Shown one piece after another: positions 1 through 14,738 of a DNA stretch of 64,000 nt. The stretch lies in the NCBI GenBank assembly GCA_964016885.1, contig OZ024740.1, positions 157,728,001 to 157,792,000 of the forward strand. Direction: 5' to 3'. The position numbers were made by a program, and so were the translations under genes. Source of the DNA: Eledone cirrhosa. Lineage: Eukaryota. The notes beneath the pieces are model-generated. The model saw only the letters and a program-made list of their open reading frames with translations. It was not told the DNA's origin and made no database searches. Every line of letters begins with the position of its first letter. The first letter of the stretch is position 1.

Positions 1-240
1 CTCCCTTGCGTGACACTTTGATCTCCGAGCTCCGCATTCTATCGAGTAACGTTAGTCCAAAAACCCTTCGGAGGAACCCCATTTCGACCGCTGTCTATTC
101 TCCATCGTATTTTTCCTGTCATTACCCAAGATTCAGGATCACAGGTACGGGCTGGCACGAATATCGAATTGAAGATAGCGAATGTGGCTTTTACACCTTC
201 CCTACTTTTGACTACCGAATCCATAATAATCAGGACTGTC
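1..240 (-). mobile_element. RTE-group LINE fragment (post-RT region), degraded
   Basis: The minus strand gives AIFNSIFVP..DPESWVMTGKIR, then after a frameshift AVEMGFLRRVFGLTLLDRMRSSEIK. This matches the RTE-type LxYGxESW...AxEMxFLRR motif. Confidence 0.7.
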
Positions 241-1787
241 AAAGAGGTAAATGACAACTGGAACTTCAGAAAGTAGAAAGACAAATCGACTTAGGTCCAA
301 TTTTAAATCAGAATGTAAAATGACTAACACATTGGAAGAAATGAATTACACATTGGAAAATGTATCCCAGATAAAAAAGTACGTTTGATGTGGATTGAAT
401 ATCTTTGATCATAGCTCTGCTGGATCAGTCTGACCTGGAGCTAAACAAAAATAGAACAGTAATTTAAATAAAACCTACACAGAAATTTCTCACTGGCTTA
501 ACTACACAGTTTTTTCAATGGTAATTGTCAGCAAAGATGTATCGTTAGAGCATCGGATAGAATGTCTTGTAGTATTCGTTCCAGCTTTCCGCCCTCTGAT
601 TTCAAATTCCACCAAAGTCACATTTTACCTATCATCATTTCGGGTTTAATAAATAAGGTGCCAGCCAGTTCAGAGCGCCGAGTGGCGAATTTATTGTAGT
701 ATCAAATTAGACTCTTTTCTGTTCCGAGTTTAAATTCCTCTTAGATATCAATCACCCGAATACGGGAGTACTCCGTCCATCCAGCAATTGTTCAGACAGC
801 AGCAGTAGAGAAAAAACCGGCCAAATGGAATAAAAATGTGTTACCATTGAGTAAACGAGAATTACATGCTATTGTTTTAGACTAAATAAATCGGAGGATA
901 CATTTTATAATATAGTACATTACGATTCTGTTTAAATATATGATATGGTAATGTCCGGAGTTATTTTCATCATAGATCTGTTTAATTAGGGTTGAGATCG
1001 GAGGATAAAGAGTGACAATAATCTTAACATCGGCTAATGATTATTTTATACCTAATCTAATTGTTATTGTTAGTGTTGGTAATAGCACGTATATCTTAGC
1101 CTAGTCGCATAAGAACAAATCAACTCCAACCAACTGACAAACAAAGCACTATGTAGGTGTTGTGTGTTGTTAAACTTCGAGTCAGCTCTAATCGAGGCCT
1201 GTAATAAAAAAAATGATCTCCATGTAACCATATTCATATTTTCCGCCATAGTGTGTCTATAACTATATTATATAATATGCTTTTCCCTTCTATTTTTAAA
1301 GCAACACAATGTGGGTGACTTTGTAGAGGATCACTGGTTAGCTTGCCTAGCCTCAGATCGAGCAAACGAAGAAAGGTTATGTAGGGGCTAATTCTATATA
1401 GCAGCTGGGAAACATGTTTTGAGTGACAAAATTGGTGAAGTACCGGGGAAAATGCCTTTCGGTATTTACTTGCGCCTTTTTTGGTTCTGTTTCTAAATCG
1501 CGCCATAACATCTTTCTGTTTCATCTTCCACTGGTCGATTGAACAAATTTCAGTCAAAAAGAGGAAGTTAAAATGATCGACTAATCCATCACACCCTCAC
1601 AAAAAATTGGGTGAATTTTCTCACTGTGTAATAAGTTGATTTCTAACATGGACACAAGTTATGAAATACGGGGAACAAGTATAGCTAATTAAATCGACTC
1701 CAGTCCTTCAAAAAAATAAAAAACAAAGCTGGGTTCGGACAGTTTTGACTTCAGATGATAAAGAACTGTAAATAATTATTATTATTG

Positions 1788-1972
1788 TGAATTGGCAGTA
1801 ACGGTAGAGGGTCGGATGCCATGCTTTGCAGCATAGAGTTACGGCCCTTTATGATCTGAGTTCAAATCCCGCCGAGGTTAACTTTGCCTTTCATCCTTAC
1901 GGGGTCGATAAAATAAAGTACCAGTAATACACTGGGGTAATTGCTGGCCTGGTGGCAAAAGTAGAAACAATT
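1788..1972 (+). mobile_element. tRNA-derived SINE family A
   Basis: A-box-like TGGCAGTAACGG, B-box GAGTTCAAATCC, and core CTTTGCCTTTCATCCTTACGGGGTCGATAAAATAAAGTACCAGT. More than ten homologous copies occur in the window (e.g. 4549-4735, 19236-19445, 21355-21515, 31972-32130, 38440-38612, 48212-48405). Confidence 0.85.
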
Positions 1973-2872
1973 AATATTACATTGCGGATGGATTGGTAGA
2001 ATCAGTCGAGCGTCAGGCAAAAGGCAGATCTCTTATGAAAGGCAGATCTCTTATGAAAGGCACCTCTGTATCGGCACTCAAGCTGCAAGAAACTGCGACT
2101 AATTCTCACTCGAATGTCTTAAACAAAATAATATATAAGTCTACATTGGATAAAGTGATACTAGATACACAATACCAGAACAATAAAGATGCAATGAACA
2201 TGACTGGAACGCCTTTCATCATACGCTTTCTCAATCAAGGCTGAACTTGGGCTAAACAATGACACCAGCATCCACACTTTTCCACCTCAGAAAAAAAATT
2301 GTGCGTCGAACCAAATATCTTGAAATATATAATTACTTTCTATGCTTTGAGTTCGACACCTATGAAGTCGAATGTGTCTTTTATCTCTCTGAGGAGTCGG
2401 TAAAAACGGTATATCGTTCCATTAAATATCTGTAGCATTTCATCAATGTATGAAGTAAATATATAGTACGCTATAGACTCTCGGCTGCTGTTTTCTTCCA
2501 TACAAAATTCCGTCTTGCGTCTAAATACGGAAATCTATATTTATTGAGATTCAGGTTTTATGGGCTGTAAAGGAGAGGGTGGAGTATAAAGAGAAGACCC
2601 TTAATGCATGACAATAGATCGCTGAAACCTTTTTACCATAAAAGCATCTCGTCAGGTCTCTCATCTCTGCATCAATTCACCCATCAATGGGAAATTTTTC
2701 GATTATGCTCTCCATAAATAACTTGTGATTCATAGAATGTGATTGAATATATCACCAACTTGGCGTTAAAGTCAGTGCAGGGTTTGAAGAAGTGGCTGAG
2801 ATACTAATACATCTATGCAACGGCAGAGCAGAATGCTATATAGCTTTATTGTTGGGGATGTAACAACATATA

Positions 2873-2874
<2 letters not shown>

Positions 2875-2939
<65 letters not shown>

Positions 2940-3060
2940 GTATATATATATACGTATATATATATATATACGTATATATATATACGTATATATATACGTA
3001 TATATATATATATATATATATACGTATATATATACATACACATATTTATGCACAAGCACG

Positions 3061-3098
<38 letters not shown>

Positions 3099-3174
3099 CA
3101 CATACGTACACACACACATACATACATACATACATACATACATACATACATACATACATACATACATACATACA

Positions 3175-3210
<36 letters not shown>

Positions 3211-3220
3211 TATATATGTA
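2875..3220. repeat. Compound (TA)n/(CA)n/(TACA)n microsatellite
   Basis: Directly visible. Confidence 0.95.
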
Positions 3221-3984
3221 AAGAGAGAAGAGGAAGACATTGATATGCTAGCAGATTCCCGGAATGCTTTATGTATGTAGTGTACAACAACAAAAGAACT
3301 ATTCAAAATATAAACCAGGCATTAAGTACTTTCTCAGTTAGTGTTTTACTGTTTTGATGTATGCCCATACATAAAACTCACTTTAATCCCCATTTCCACC
3401 ACAATCGTCACCATACTCATGCTGCGTCTCTGGAACTAGTGCATTTTTCTATTGATCTTCATAGCGATTAGCAGGGTTGTGCAGTGGTTTACTTGACAAT
3501 GTGGAGAAAAATATCAAGTTTTAATAATAAAGACCCGATTTCTTTTTTTTATTTTTTTTATTTTAAATAAAAAGCTTGTGACCCTCTAATTATGATGACA
3601 ATAATTGGGATTATAATAAACAAGTTCCTATACACAAATGCACCAATACAAACATCCCAAACTAAATTTAATAGATCCACTACTGCCATACTATTGTGGC
3701 GTTTCCATAGCTGAAACAGTTTTCGTTTGATCCCCGTATATACCATAGTGATTGTGCAGCGATTTACTTGAAAGTTTCGATAGCAGTATCCAGAGATTTT
3801 ATTCTAATACGCGAACAATGTTTGATTAGTTTTAAATAAAGACTTTCGGGTTCACTAATGTTGATAACATTATACGTGATTATGTAAGGATCTTGGAGTT
3901 TTCAACTCAGGGCAACTGCGGTTTTCTACAATTATTACAATGATGATCTATTCTCCAACCAATTGAGCGCTCGACTTGATAAAT

Positions 3985-4258
3985 TAACACGTAAGTGGCT
4001 GAGTATCCCGTAAATACGTGTACCATTAAAATAATTCCTCAGCTGAATCAGCGCAACACTATATTGACGGTACTAGAACTTTGAATTACAGGTGTAATCC
4101 ATCCAACAGGCTTCCACATAGTTTCCATGAAACCAATTTCACTCAAAAGGCTTCGAGCCGACCCCATGTTATGGTAAAGAGGCAGTGAAATCAAATCCAA
4201 GACCTGATGATTGCGAAGCAACTTTCTTAACTTTCTTAACAACTCAGCCATGCCTGCG
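3985..4258 (-). mobile_element. tRNA-derived SINE (second family), degraded
   Basis: The minus strand starts GCAGGCATGGCTGAGTTGTTAAG...GGATTTGATTTC (A/B-box-like). A related copy lies at about 39575-39720 on the plus strand. Confidence 0.55.
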
Positions 4259-4269
4259 TCTATGTAGCA

Positions 4270-4509
4270 CAGAGGTTTTCAAACTTTATATATAATAAAT
4301 AATATAATATATACTATGTATGAATAAACATTATATATTTTTATTTTACTATATTTATATATAATGTGTATCATTTGATATTTAATATACTATTATATTA
4401 TCTCCACCACTCCCTTAGACCCCAACGCACTCTGGACCTTTCCAACGCCCCCCCCCCATCTGGGGGGGGGGGGGGGGGGGGGCTGTAGCACCCATTTTGA
4501 GAACCTCTG
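4270..4509. mobile_element. hAT (Charlie-like) MITE
   Basis: TIRs CAGAGGTTTTCAAA / TTTGAGAACCTCTG, with an exact 8-bp TSD ATGTAGCA at 4262-4269 and 4510-4517. Confidence 0.85.
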
Positions 4510-4548
4510 ATGTAGCACGTACTTTCAATTCCAAAGGGACACCTAATA

Positions 4549-4735
4549 ATAATTGTTTCTACTTTTGGCACAAGGCCAGCAGTTATCCCAGTGCATTACT
4601 GGTACTTTATTTTATCGACCCCGTAAGGATAAAAGGCAAAGTTAGCTTCGGCAGGATTTGAACTCAGATCAGAAAGGGGCGTAACTCTGTGCTGCAAAGC
4701 ATGTTGTCCGACCCTCTACCGATACTGCCAAACCA
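4549..4735 (-). mobile_element. SINE family A copy
   Basis: Reverse complement of the 1788-1972 element. Confidence 0.85.
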
Positions 4736-5348
4736 CAATAATGATGACATAACATAGAACTTTCTATCTCATTATTACGAAGCGAACCTCTTAACCACCC
4801 AATCATGTTTACATCCGCACATACTATAAACAGATAAGTCAGATAATGTTTTAAGTGCCTTTCACTAAAGGAAACGACACAACACTTTATGTAGGTTTCG
4901 AAATCGTGACTAACTACGATTATCTAAATCTTTACGGCACAAGCTCACGTACAATATCATAATCCACTCAAGGCAATTGCATCTAAAACATTTATCAGAT
5001 TCGCCACTATTCACTAATATTTCTTATTTACACTAGCTATGGCCTGTCTTTTGACAACAAAAGATGCAATATTCTATCCTATTCCGCCATGACTGTCTTG
5101 CTTTCAAAGTGTTGAGTAAATATGAATCTTGCGTATCACTTTCAAAGACATTTCTTCTTGTGAAAACTTTCTCGCCTATTTACAGTTTGATTTGTTTCCC
5201 TGCCTACCAGCGATCTTTATAGAGGATATTTATTGATTTATTGTATGTACGTTCGCATGTATGTATGTATGTATATATGTATCTATGTATGCATGCATGC
5301 ATGTATGCATGTATGCGTGCATGCATGTATGTATGTATGTGTGCATGC

Positions 5349-5381
<33 letters not shown>

Positions 5382-6749
5382 TGTATGTATGTATGTATGT
5401 ATGTGTGCATGAATGTATATATATCTATATATGCATGTATGTTCGTTCTACCGATCATATTTTTCAAATTTCTCTCCAATGCTTCTAACCTAGAAGCAAG
5501 ACTCATTAATTGGAATTTAGACATCAACTGATTATTACTATAGTTATGCCTGTATGAAGATGTAAAGGCGGTGATTGGAAAAAGCGTTAAGCAACGTACA
5601 AAATGTTTTGTGATACTTATTCCGGCTCTTTGTGTTCTAAGTTCATATCCTGACGAGCTCAACTTCGCTTTTCACCCTTTCGGGGCCGATAAATATAGTA
5701 CACATGTAGAGTGGTAAACCAGTAGAATAGCTAACGCGCCTTATGCTGCTTACCCCATCATTTTCTATTCATGTCACCATTCTCAGAGGGAAGAGCAATG
5801 TTCACAACTTCCTCATATTGAATATCTTGTCCGAATGCTTGCGAAAGGATCAACTTTGCTAAAGAAAACTAAGAGCTAGATGGTGGTATTAAATCTGCGA
5901 TGGGTTAAGTATAACTCTCATGTGAGATACAACGGGATTTACACACAAAACCCACACGCATACATACGTACATACATGATGACTGCCCCCTCATTATAGA
6001 GTATGGCCATTGCACGATATAACATTATCAATAATTATCAATTAAGCTATCGTGCAATGCCTGTGCGTGAAGATTTTTTTTAAAGTGAGGAAAGACTGTG
6101 CACTGAACCAATCCCACTCTCTGAGCAACAGTAGCTATAACCCCAAAAGAAGAAAGGATCAACATCAACGGTAACTACTAAACCGCAGGTTTTATGTCGG
6201 AGTTATCCCAGTTTCCCGAGTTGCCTTCACCTAGACGAATGCCCTGACAAAGGCTAGGGTCCTTCACTCCCAGTGGTTTAACATATACACATACATACAT
6301 GGCTTAGATGACAAGAAGCCATGCAAGCATCCGAGATGTCATCGTTTCCGTAAACTGTCACCTACATTGCTTGTCGTGTTCATAACGTCAGTGTTCAGTA
6401 CACTCTCTATTAATCCACCGAACTATGTCGATGTCGGTTGCGGGATAGAAGCATGTTCCAAATCCCAGCAACACTATGAAATAAGTGTTTTAGTAACTTA
6501 GTTTATGAAGTTGAGCAAAATGTTTTTTCTGGTGTTGTTGTTGTTTGAGTTTAAGTCAAGATTATGGGTAAAAACATTCTAGATTCGAGAATTACGTTTA
6601 TAAAGGATTAAATAATACAATCTACCTATCCCTAATGTAGGGGGTGGGAGAGAGAAAGAGAAATGGGTTCTGAGAGATGCGGAAATTTAATTTTTTCTTG
6701 AAAATGAGATGTAAACATATTCCTCATTATTAGATTTACACACTCACGT

Positions 6750-6836
<87 letters not shown>

Positions 6837-6864
6837 TGCATGCATGTTGCCATGCATTTTAAGT

Positions 6865-6905
<41 letters not shown>

Positions 6906-6998
6906 TGATAATCCAGAAACGTTCATGTAAACAGTCTTTATCAATAATAAACATATTGATTCCTTATAGTGCCTGTTTAGTGTGGTTATCAAACAAAG

Positions 6999-7040
<42 letters not shown>

Positions 7041-7200
7041 AAGAAATACACAGACACACGCGAATACATACATATACATGAATGTACCCACATATATCCC
7101 TGAATTTGTGTGGTGCCAACCTTAACCGTTGTTGCTCTATGAATAATCGGGACAAAATAATCCGAATGGATTAGATTGATTCAATATCAGAGCTATATAA

Positions 7201-8184
7201 TCTATATATATAAAACTGTGGTTGTCTGTCTGTCTATCGAATTTTGGCACACATCTCCTCTTAGAATCTCTGACGGAATTGCACCGAAATTGCTATACTT
7301 GTACATTGAGCCCTAGCGAAGACATCGGAAAAAAAATATTTCAAATTGACCCCCCCTATCTGACGAAATCGAATATAATGTATCGATTTTTGAGCGTAAG
7401 TTATCAGTTATTTCCCTTTGTTCTGTTTACATTGAGCGTCTTACGTAAAAAATTACGCTGGCTTTCTCAGCGTTTAAAATGACATTAACACAATACACGA
7501 ACAGACAGTTGTCGAGCCAGCAAAATATTGACCTGCAAAATTCATCAGTTCGAACACTAAGCTTCCGTTTTGCTTCATTTCCATTTAAAAGCATTTTAAA
7601 ACAATATTTTTACTTGAAAACAAGTCTATTTAAAGACTACGTAAAACAAGCAAATATTTCGTCGTTAGGCGTGCAGACAGACAGTCGTGCAGACAGACAG
7701 TCGTGCAGACAGACAGTCGTGCAGACAGACAGTCGTGCAGAGAGGTGATATACGCGTGCAGACAGATAGTCGTGCAGAGAGGTGATATAGGCGTGCAGAC
7801 AGATAGTCGTGCAGAGAGGTGATATAGGCGTGCAGACAGACAGTCGTGCAGAGAGGTGATATAGGCGTGCAGACAGACATAACTGATAATTTGGTTACAC
7901 TAATGTTTTTCTCTGCGTTGCAGTGTTTACATTTTCGATCTTTGTTAATAAATAACCAGTGCAGTTTCTATCCCCAGCATCCTCTTTTGTTATAACATTC
8001 GGGTTATCGTTATGTTTTCTTAACTTCATAAGGCATATTGTTGGTTGAGGGAATATTAATCAAAAACACCACATGCAAGTCTGCACAGTAGACACTACAG
8101 TTTTTAAGCCAAGAAAGAAACTTAACATTGTAACTTTAACACAGCTACTGAGCGACCCCGAGCAACGCCGGGCTTTACTGCTAG
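7201..8184 (+). mobile_element. Non-autonomous Helitron
   Basis: 5' TCTATATATATAAAA, subterminal hairpin CCCGAGCAACGCCGGG, 3' CTAG. Inserted between A (7200) and T (8185) with no TSD. Confidence 0.85.
7668..7878 (+). repeat. Minisatellite inside the Helitron
   Basis: Tandem CGTGCAGACAGACAGT units grading into longer CGTGCAGAGAGGTGATATAGG-CGTGCAGACAGATAGT units. Confidence 0.9.
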
Positions 8185-8492
8185 TACATTATAAAGAAAG
8201 AAACATTAGATATAATTAATAAGATATACCATACCTAAATTTCTCCATTACTCCTCGACTACGTAGTTTCGTGGCTTACTATGCAAAAACACTACATCAC
8301 AGAGATGCAGTATTTTTGTGAGGTATGCCGACTTATCAAGAGGATACCTCATTTAGAGTTTCAAAACACGTCTGTGATGTAGTGTTTTTGCATAGTAAGC
8401 CACGAAACTACGTAGTCGAGGAGTAATAAGGAAATTTAGGTTTGGTATATCTTATTAATTATATCTAATGTTTCTTCTTTCTTTATAATGTA
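8185..8492. repeat. Foldback inverted repeat with a hammerhead-like motif in each arm
   Basis: Arms 8185-8303 and 8371-8492. Each has GTG..CAC-GAAAC-TACGTA-GTC with a non-canonical CTGTGATG core. Confidence 0.85.
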
Positions 8493-8561
8493 TATATATA
8501 TAGTATTAGGCTTTCGGGCGTATAATCAACACATACATACATTTATATATATATACATGCA

Positions 8562-8609
<48 letters not shown>

Positions 8610-8997
8610 AAATTAAAAGATGGTTAAAAAAGGTTCCATATAATATGGAACTTTTTTCATAATATAATATGGAACTTTTTTAACCATCTTTTAATTTCTT
8701 CTTATATATACTCCAGTTCTATCAACTGTTGAGTGCTACTTATCTGATATATGCATAGTTTTATTGTTCTACAATTAAACTCACCTCCTACATATATATA
8801 TATATATATACATACATATATATAACTGAACAAAAAAGAAAAACGAACACAGACATATAGATATATGTGTTCAAATCGTAAGGGACCAGATTCGCTAAGG
8901 TGAAAAGAATACTAACTATAGACAACGGGTTTGCCAGACTCAATTTAAGAATAAATCAAGAAAAATAAATACAAATCAGAATTGTGGTAACTACCAA

Positions 8998-9079
8998 TCA
9001 CCCGGACAGCTTTGATAATACTGTTTCGCAATATTAATTGTGAAGAGGAATACCAAAATTCTAGCTCATCAGCGGGTGA
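8998..9079 (-). ncRNA. Type I hammerhead ribozyme, intact core
   Basis: UCACCCG-CUGAUGA-GC...GC-GAAAC-AG(loop)CU-GUC-CGGGUGA. Helix I is a perfect 7 bp; predicted cleavage between 9005 and 9004. Confidence 0.85.
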
Positions 9080-9324
9080 ATAATTATTAGTACCCTGATC
9101 GCTTCTAAGTATACTAAAAAACTGGATTGTGTGTGTTTATTTAACGCACATGGTACCAGAACTTAGCGTGTCTCGCAAACTCACGCCACTAAAAATAGCA
9201 GCCGGGTTTACTCGACATTTGAATTAGCTCGACGAATTAACGGACCCGAATATAACAAAGGCATGTCTTGAATTAGAAACTCAAAATAGTCACTTACAAT
9301 AAAATTTTCTAGAGCTAGTTTTGT

Positions 9325-9837
<513 letters not shown>

Positions 9838-10794
9838 TGGAAAATGTGTGTAATCCTTGGTACAGTTAGGTATATTAAGACAGGGAGGAGAAAAAAATAA
9901 AATGGCTTCACTTGTGCTTTCAACAAATTTATTTTTTTCACAAAATCCCAAAAGAATTTTTTTCGGATTAGAAAAAATAAAAAAATTTTTTTTTTATAAA
10001 TTAAGTCGTTGGTTGTTGTCTTAGGAGTTCTTGGTTAATGTAGGAGGTATTGTTTCGTTTTTATAAAGACCTTTCACGCTGAGGTGCGCTTGTCAAACTG
10101 ATGTGTATGTGGTGTGTCATTCTATATATAGGGATTTAACATGTCTGTGGTGCGGTGGGGGTTTTTTCTCCCCTTTAAGAAGTGTAGGGGTGTAGGTGTG
10201 TTGAAAAATGTTAATAGCAGTAATGAGTTGAGACAGTGAGTAGAGTTGGGTGGGGAGAAATGTAGCAAGCGTGGCCTGCCCCGGTCATTCTCGAAAAATT
10301 CCTTTATTCAGGGGAAAAAAAGCTTTTAGTATTCCTTTGTATCGAGAATGGTCATAGGCAAACCGCACCTGCCAAGCTTGTAAACAATTTTTTTTTTCTG
10401 AAGAATTTTTCTACGTCCATCCCAAAATTAGTCCTTTGTTCAACACACACATATGTGTGCGTATATACGTACATACACACACGGGCATATGTAGGAATAT
10501 ATAGGCACACACCATCAATCACACACCCATGTACATATACATCCACATACATACACAAAAACATATATAGACACATATAAAAACACATATACACATACGT
10601 ACACACACGAATATGTACTCATACCTCCACATGGGTATATATATATATATATACATACATATACATATATATACACACATAAAGATACATAACTAAATAT
10701 ACATATATACACATACACACACACACACACACACACGTGTACACACACACACACACACACATATACATATGTCCGTATATATACATCCGTACAT

Positions 10795-12088
<1,294 letters not shown>

Positions 12089-12089
12089 G

Positions 12090-12320
12090 AGAGGCACATG
12101 GTTTAGGGGTTAGAGTGTTTGGCTTGCAATTGAGAGATTGTGAGTTCGATTTTCGGACTGAGTGATGCGTTGTGTCCTTGAGTAAGACACTTTGTTTCAC
12201 GTTATTCCAGTTCACTCAGCTGTAGAAATGAATTTCGGCAACAGGCATGCATGGTCTTCCACAACAAACCACAACAAAATTTTGTCCAGACTTGTGCCTC
12301 GGAAGGAAACCGATAGGGGC
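12090..12320 (+). mobile_element. CORE-like tRNA SINE
   Basis: B-box GAGTTCGATT and core TGTGTCCTTGAGTAAGACACTT. Homologous to 17385, 43642 and 46278. Confidence 0.75.
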
Positions 12321-13700
12321 CTTAAAAAAATATACATGTATATATTAATTTGATGGTTGCACTTGATACTTAATCATGAACAGCTATTTTGCGTGAGGAA
12401 AGGCTTTGAACGGAACCAATCATGATCTCTGAACATCGAATGCATTTTCCGAAACGAAGTCGCAGGTTTTATATGAGGGAACCTTCTAGAGAGATGTCTC
12501 TCTCCTAGAGAGATGTCTTTTAAGAAAACATACTTTGTTGTTCATCCCGCAGGGTGTCCAAAATCAAGCCTGGTGGGGTTGCCGGTTTAGTTAGGTTGTA
12601 TTGGGTTACATGCCACAAGTATATATTCGCATACATGCATACATGCATACATACGAGAAGGTGTTAGAGAGTGTGGTATATAGATTATATATCAACATGA
12701 CACGAAAGATCACTACAAATACACACAAAAGTCTGTCTCAAGCCAGAACGCTCGGTTTCGTGGCGTGAGGCGACTTAAAATACACGACTTTCCCCTGAAA
12801 AGCTATTGCTGGCACCCATTTTCGGCTGAGAATACTGGAGCAACGTATTTTGTTCAAGAACACAACCCAGCGCAGGAATCAAACCCATGATATTACGATC
12901 ATAAGCCCAACACCCTTACCACTAGGCTACGCGCCTCCACGACAAATAAACACACAAACATAAATTAACTTTCTTATACTTCTCCCTCCTTCACAAAACC
13001 AACTATTCCTGCTGCAAGTCTTCGCCTTCTCCATTCTGTCCATCGAGGCTGTGGGGAGGCCACCAATATGATTGACTGACATGATGTTTGGATGCGAAAC
13101 GTGGACATTACACAAGAGCCAAATCCATCCACCACCACTGTCCGTCACCACCAAGTCTTTGACGGACTGTTCTCGTAAAATAAGAATTATTGAATTGACA
13201 AGGTGAAGGATGAAATAAAATTGTTACATTATATGTACAAATTTCATGTATAAATTTCATTTATTCCAGGTCGATAAAGATAAAATAAAGTATGAGACTA
13301 AATCGTTCGATTGGAGAAATTATTGAGTGCTTTGTTGTATTTGTTCCAGCTCTTTGAATTCTGAGCTCAATTCCCACTGCGGCTTTCTTGGGTGGGAGAC
13401 CTCACCTATCGCCTGGTTTAACACCACCACAAAAGCTTAGGGTGCCTTTAGCAGTGTCTACTTTGTGAGAATACCTTTCTCTATGCCTTCTCATCAGACG
13501 TTGAAAATGTTTATAGGCACTGTCCTTCTTTACTAGTCAAATATATATATATATATATTTATATATAGAGATTCGTTGACGAGTATATTAATGTGCACAG
13601 ACACGCAGATATATTGCCCTTGGTATGAGAGTGTGGTTTTAGCTCAATGTAGGATAACTAGTATACTACAGAGCCGCTATAAGTTTAGAAATACATTGTT

Positions 13701-13757
13701 TTATTTGCTAACAGTGTTTCATCCATACCCTATGGCAGGAATAATCAGAGCTTATAA
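13701..13757 (-). ncRNA. Degenerate hammerhead (G8U)
   Basis: GCU-CUGAUUA-UUCC..GGAU-GAAAC-ACU-GUU-AGC. Confidence 0.5.
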
Positions 13758-13892
13758 ACAAAAATATATCAGAGGTTGCAGACTCCATCAAGCTCAGTCA
13801 CCAGAACAAGGATAAAGGACAAGTAGGGGGTCCCAAGGCCAGCGCTATATAGAAAAACACACAATACATGACGCACATGTCATAAAATGGTG

Positions 13893-14093
13893 TAACTAAA
13901 TTAAAAAAACTAATTATAATAGTATGTAAAATATAAGTGTCAGGTGTATATTAATTAGGTTTATAATATTTGAAGGTTCTTCTAATTCTATGATTGCAAG
14001 ATATAATTAATTCTTAATATTATAAACCTAATTAATATACACCTTAGACTTATATTTTACATATTATTATAATTAGTTTTTTTAATTTAGTTA
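13893..14093. repeat. AT-rich foldback inverted repeat
   Basis: Arms of about 77 bp at 13893-13970 and 14016-14093. Confidence 0.85.
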
Positions 14094-14182
14094 ACCTATA
14101 ATTAGTACTTTACTACAGAGAACTTCATAATTGTATTTCCCTCTTACATTTCCTAAAATTAATACCTAAAAATATACATATA

Positions 14183-14498
14183 AATTAATTTAATTTCCTG
14201 TTATAAATCTAGATTCCTTGTAGTTTATATAAGATTGGTATTTCTCACTACTATCCTTATCCCAAAATTTTATTTTCCTTCGTTTTTAACAACATTCTTT
14301 AATAACATCTAGTTCTTATTTATCACATCCATATGAATTAATATAAATTTATCCCTATAAGTATACCTATCAATTAATTTAATTTCTTGTTATAGATCTA
14401 GATTCCTTGTGGTTTAAATAAGATTGGTATTTCTCACTACTACCCTTACCCTAAAATTTTACTTTCCTTCGTTTTTAACATTATTCTTTAATAACATC
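14183..14498 (+). repeat. Direct duplication (about 125-bp unit, about 190-bp period)
   Basis: AATTAATTTAATTTC...TCTAGATTCCTTGT...TTCTTTAATAACATC occurs at 14183-14309 and 14372-14498. Confidence 0.8.
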
Positions 14499-14738
14499 AA
14501 ATTTTCGTGTACCCTTCACCGGCTTGACCTCTTTTAATCCCCAAAGTATTCTTTCCATTCAAAGTATTCTTTCCATTCAAAATATAAGTCTGCACTCCTC
14601 TACCCCTAAATTAAATTTCTACTACTACTATTCTATCAACTTGACCTCTTACTACTTTTCTATTGGTCAATTCAAAACCTGTTCCCAAACAGACCTATTA
14701 TATTAAATCTTTGTTGTTTCTTTTTCAATAAACAAATC

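Noticed and set aside
2590-2665. Minus-strand GAGAC-CUGACGA with a possible closing helix
   Set aside because: Lacks the GAAA half of the core.
7668-7878. CRISPR-like regularly spaced repeats
   Set aside because: The spacers are not unique, there are no cas genes, and it is a minisatellite inside a eukaryotic Helitron.
13455-13502. Minus-strand CUGAUGAG
   Set aside because: It pairs as a simple hairpin (UGAGAA/UUCUCA), not a three-way junction.
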